DNA of 53,379 nucleotides, filler included, from Bipalium vagum (Eukaryota): NCBI GenBank assembly GCA_037834085.1. It is 3 parts of 3 records of this genome, joined end to end, with 100 filler letters (N's around TTAATTAATTAA, not from the genome) between each part and the next. Parts side by side here need not be neighbours in the genome. Positions count along the whole stretch, not along the records: positions 36,572 to 53,379 come from JBBMKC010093144.1; 2 more parts are not named here. One strand, 5' to 3'. Shown piece by piece: positions 49,641 to 53,379 of this stretch (position 1 is its first letter; each line of letters starts with the position of its first letter). The notes under the pieces were generated by a model. It saw only the letters and a program-made list of their open reading frames with translations, ran no database searches and was not told where the DNA came from. The position numbers and the translations under genes were made by a program.

Positions 49641-51519
49641 TAAATAAGACTTGAACGTTATAATTTAACTTTTCAAAAGATTATTTAAAATTTTAAAATT
49701 AAGTCCATCTAATCATTTAAAGCATATGGTTACCGTATTTGGCAGGTCAGATTTTCAAAGGATGAAGATATTTTGAATTGCAATATAATAAATACAAAAT
49801 AAATTCTGAAAAAATAGAATAAAAATTACCAAAGATTTTACAGATTTCATATCATAAAATTGATATATTTTTAATTTACAGATTATCATTAAAATTCTAA
49901 TTTTTGTAAATCAATATTCTTTAATCTTTTTTATTATTGATTACATTATTTAAAGATATTGAATTTATTTAAATATTGAATAAATTATTATTTTATTGAA
50001 ATTTTTCAATTATTTAGCTTTGATTTTTAATATTAAAAATTTTCATTGTATGACAATAATTCTTTAATTATGTTTCCACCAATCAAATATTAATGATGTA
50101 TCGTAGTTCAGACTACTTTTATTATTATTATTATTATTATTATCCTGTCAATTTTGAAATTTCTTTAATTTTGAATAAATTTGAATTTTTTCTCACTCTT
50201 CTCACCAGGTGTACAGTAAAATCTTTCAAATCGAACTAAGATTGTGATTATCTTGATTAATGATGATTATGACTGAATCTATCGTGTTGGACAACGTTTC
50301 GATGTTCCCAGAAATGTGTTCTTGAGTTGTGTATGCTTGTGCTCCGTCACGAAGAAGAGTGATGAAGGATCTTTTTAGTGTAATTATCACTTGAAAAATT
50401 GGCTGTTTATGAGAAATCTGTTTCCCTTATATTTCTGGAACAGAATCGATTATTATTCATTCATTTGTGTTATTATTTGTGATTTCATTTTGTGCACGTA
50501 ATCTTATTTTTTTGTTTCTTATGCACTGTAGTTATCGTATTGATGATGAGAAAACGAGAGAGATGTTTCTCTTAAATTTCTCTGTGCGATGCTGCTGCTG
50601 GCGTTGTTTGTTTGTCTTACCTGTGAGATGTATGTGCTTTCGAGTGTTCGTTCATGATGCTTTGAGGAATTATTTTTACATTTATCATACTATTATTATT
50701 GATTATAACCATCTTTGATTTTCTCAATTTATCATAGCTTTCTTTGATGGCTACATTTGTGTTATCATTACCACAATGACTTTATTGATTGACAGTTATT
50801 TCATTTGACATACAACGCTATTTATTTCATTTCTGATAATTATCGATTATAATTTATATTGTTATTATTATTATAATTATTATTATTATTGCAAGTTTTA
50901 TTTGTTTACAAGTGATTTTATTAGCTGATTTGATATTGAATTTTCTTTTAGAGTGATTGTGTTCTTTCGTTGACGATTTGATAATTTAGTTAATGATGGA
51001 ATTGTTCTTTTTTAGTTCAATTTTATGACTATCATGTGAGGAGGCCTTTATATTATTATTTTCTTTGGTTATCGTGCATGCTTATTGACTGAGTTTATTA
51101 TTGAGTAGTTTAAATACTGATTAAAAAGATGTTATGAATTAGAAACTTTTCAGCCATATTTTCTTTCTTGTCTCTGATGGTGGTTTTTTAATGATAGCAA
51201 GAGAAATAGGGGAGAGTATTAATATTTAATATTACCATACAATGGTCTGTTTTTAAGTAAATTTACTGTTCAATTAGGAACATATATGTTTTTGCAGGTT
51301 CTATTATTTACTCTGACTGTGTTATCCATTAAGTTGTTACTGTCAGTGTACTCAGATTCATTCTGTAATATCTTAGCACATTGCGAATGAAATGGAAAGC
51401 ATAATTAGTATTACTATTCTTCTGTACTTTTTCTATTCACAATTTGAGGTTTTAAAGATTGTGAAGTTAACAAAGACGATTAGATTGTACAACCGATTAC
51501 AAAAAAATTAATGCTATAG

Positions 51520-51658
51520 TTTCTCATACAAATGTGGATTATTTTGACGAAGGCAATGAATATGATAGCGTCACGTCCCAGGTAAAGTATACTTACAATT
51601 TTTGTTTATAATGTTAATTTGACAGTATAACAACGTAAAGGAAATCGAAAAGTTACAG
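51520..51658 (+). CDS. Two small exon candidates of an unidentified gene
   Basis: tag|..SHTNVDYFDEGNEYDSVTSQ|gtaaag...gacag|YNNVKEIEKLQ|gtgg, in phase across a ~45-nt intron. Confidence 0.35.
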
Positions 51659-52689
51659 GTGGAGCGATTTTTTAATTTGCAGAAAACTTCAATCAGTTCT
51701 TCCAATGTTAGGATTGATAAAACTTTATCAATACTTCCATATAATTTTATTTATTATTATTCTGAAGGTTTACATTATATATTGAGTTGATTAACGGATT
51801 GCCTTGTAGATCTTGGCGGGAAAAAGCTTAGTTCAAATAGAAGTGTATTCATGTGGAGTTGTCATGATACAATATAATTTACAATGATTAACTGATTCGT
51901 CAAATATTGTATGTATGTATGTAAAATCTGTTACAACCGGCTTTAGATCCCCTTATTCCAATCTAATTAATTATTGGGTTTTAATCATAAAAGTAATAAT
52001 GTTAGGTTTCTTAAAATTTATAAATAAAAATTAACGAATAAATAACAGTCTTCTAAAAGATTTATTATTTTACAAACAATGGTTATTGATTGTGGGCGCT
52101 TTTCGTAAAATTATTTTAATAACATGAATTAAACTCCCTAACAGAAAGATAAGAATTAAAACTCTAAATCTTATGATCAGTAGTCCTCGATGATAAAAGA
52201 TCATGTTGCTCTCCTACTAAATGTGCGACACCAAATAAAAATGCTATAAATAATAAAGACATGGTGTGGAAAACATGTTAATTTTATTTAATCCTGTGGT
52301 GTGCCTTTATTTATTCGGTTGTAATAATCTTCATAGTTTTGAAGACTATATTTATTAGAAATAAAACATTTTAATTACAAATAATACTGAAAAATAAATC
52401 GATAATGTAATTTAAGTAAATTAGGATACGTTTAACGTGAAACTCAAGAGCATCTCAGTATTTTGTATCGTTTTTCGTGTTAAGCACTTTTATATAGCTT
52501 ATTATGTCAAAATAATAAAACATGAATTAAAAACCAAAGATCATTGTTATTTATTACCAAAAAATTTTATACTGGATGGAAATAGTCAGATATATTCGTT
52601 TGGTATTTCTTGGAAGTGAACTCCACTTAGATTAAAACATCATTGTATCGAATTTGTTTTCACTGAGTCAATTTTTTTCAATTAAATAT

Positions 52690-53244
52690 TTAATGACGTT
52701 TGATTATATACGATTAATAACTTTAGGAATGTAGTAAACTAATGTAAAAAAATAGATACCTGAAAATCCAGCTACAATTTTTCCGAAGCTTGTAAATCCA
52801 CCCCATATATATTGTATTACGTTTTGGCTGCTTTTACGTAATGTTCTGAGCCAAATAATAAGTTATAATCAGTATTTCTCGTTTGCTGGTTATAAATTCG
52901 GGATATAATTTCGTGGATGCTTTCCTCTTGAGCTGGAGGAAATAATATTGACCGTCTGGCTTCCTCTAATTCTTTTTCAGTATATATACCTCCTTCGTTG
53001 AAGTTGTTTATTGGTTGGAATTTGATATTACTGTCTAAATTAATTCCTTCGAGCGTATACACTTTTTCACGCGGACTTTTCCTTTCCGGTAGAGACATCC
53101 ATTGGCTTTCAAATTTATATAAGGGTGATAATACAGGTTCACATACAGATTTAGCTGGTTGGAGACCTTTCTTGAGTAGTATCCTAGTGATTGGCGCGGC
53201 GAATCGTAATTCACCATTATGTATAATAGGCAAATCACTGGTAC
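52690..53244 (-). pseudogene. Endogenous chuvirus-like / retroelement envelope glycoprotein C-terminal fragment
   Basis: TSDLPIIHNGELRFAAPITRILLKKG..VCEPVLSPLYKFESQW, GGIYTEKELEEARRSILFP and, after a 1-nt frameshift, VIQYIWGGFTSFGKIVAGFSGIYFFTLVYY. These match recalled motifs of chuviral-type glycoproteins (LPV...F.TP.SRIL...G...C...P.Y...W; GIYS..DL...R..I.FP; W..F..FG...AG..G). Intronless. Confidence 0.72.
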
Positions 53245-53379
53245 TGTTAAGATCCTAAGTTGATGGATAAAAAGGATGTTAAAGGTCGGAGCGTGTATAT
53301 GACTTAGGTCTCAACGGTTGAAGGTTGCTGTTGTGCGTGTTCGTCTTTAATTAAAATTCACTGAGAAAACAAATTTTCA
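53245..53379 (+). repeat. LTR-like repeat starting TGTTAAGATCC, running off the window
   Basis: About 120 bp homologous to the reverse complement of 18334-18454; TG terminus abuts the glycoprotein fragment. Confidence 0.8.

Noticed and set aside
1-53379. tRNA, rRNA or spliced-leader RNA genes
   Set aside because: None recognised by eye; tRNAscan-SE/Infernal would be needed to exclude them.

Overview
AT-rich, intron-containing animal (invertebrate) genomic DNA, possibly flatworm-like; the taxon cannot be fixed from sequence alone. It consists of three contigs joined by artificial 100-nt spacers (44 N + TTAATTAATTAA + 44 N). Three genes are recognisable: a multi-exon afadin/canoe (AF-6) gene on + (866 to at least 18073; RA1, RA2, FHA, Dilute, PDZ), an ITFG2/KICSTOR-subunit-like gene on - (30201 to about 27918), and a compact YTHDF-type m6A reader on + (41734-45058). 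Several unresolved exon-like clusters also occur. Introns and intergenic DNA hold many decayed Tc1/mariner elements, a MITE, an LTR-like repeat family, a Gypsy relic and probable Penelope-like relics with minimal hammerhead-ribozyme motifs. The most notable item is a fragment of an apparent chuvirus-like envelope glycoprotein (53244-52690, -). It has one frameshift and directly abuts a TGTTAA-ended LTR-like repeat, which points to an env-bearing retroelement or endogenous viral element. All homology calls are from motif recognition by eye; no searches were run.
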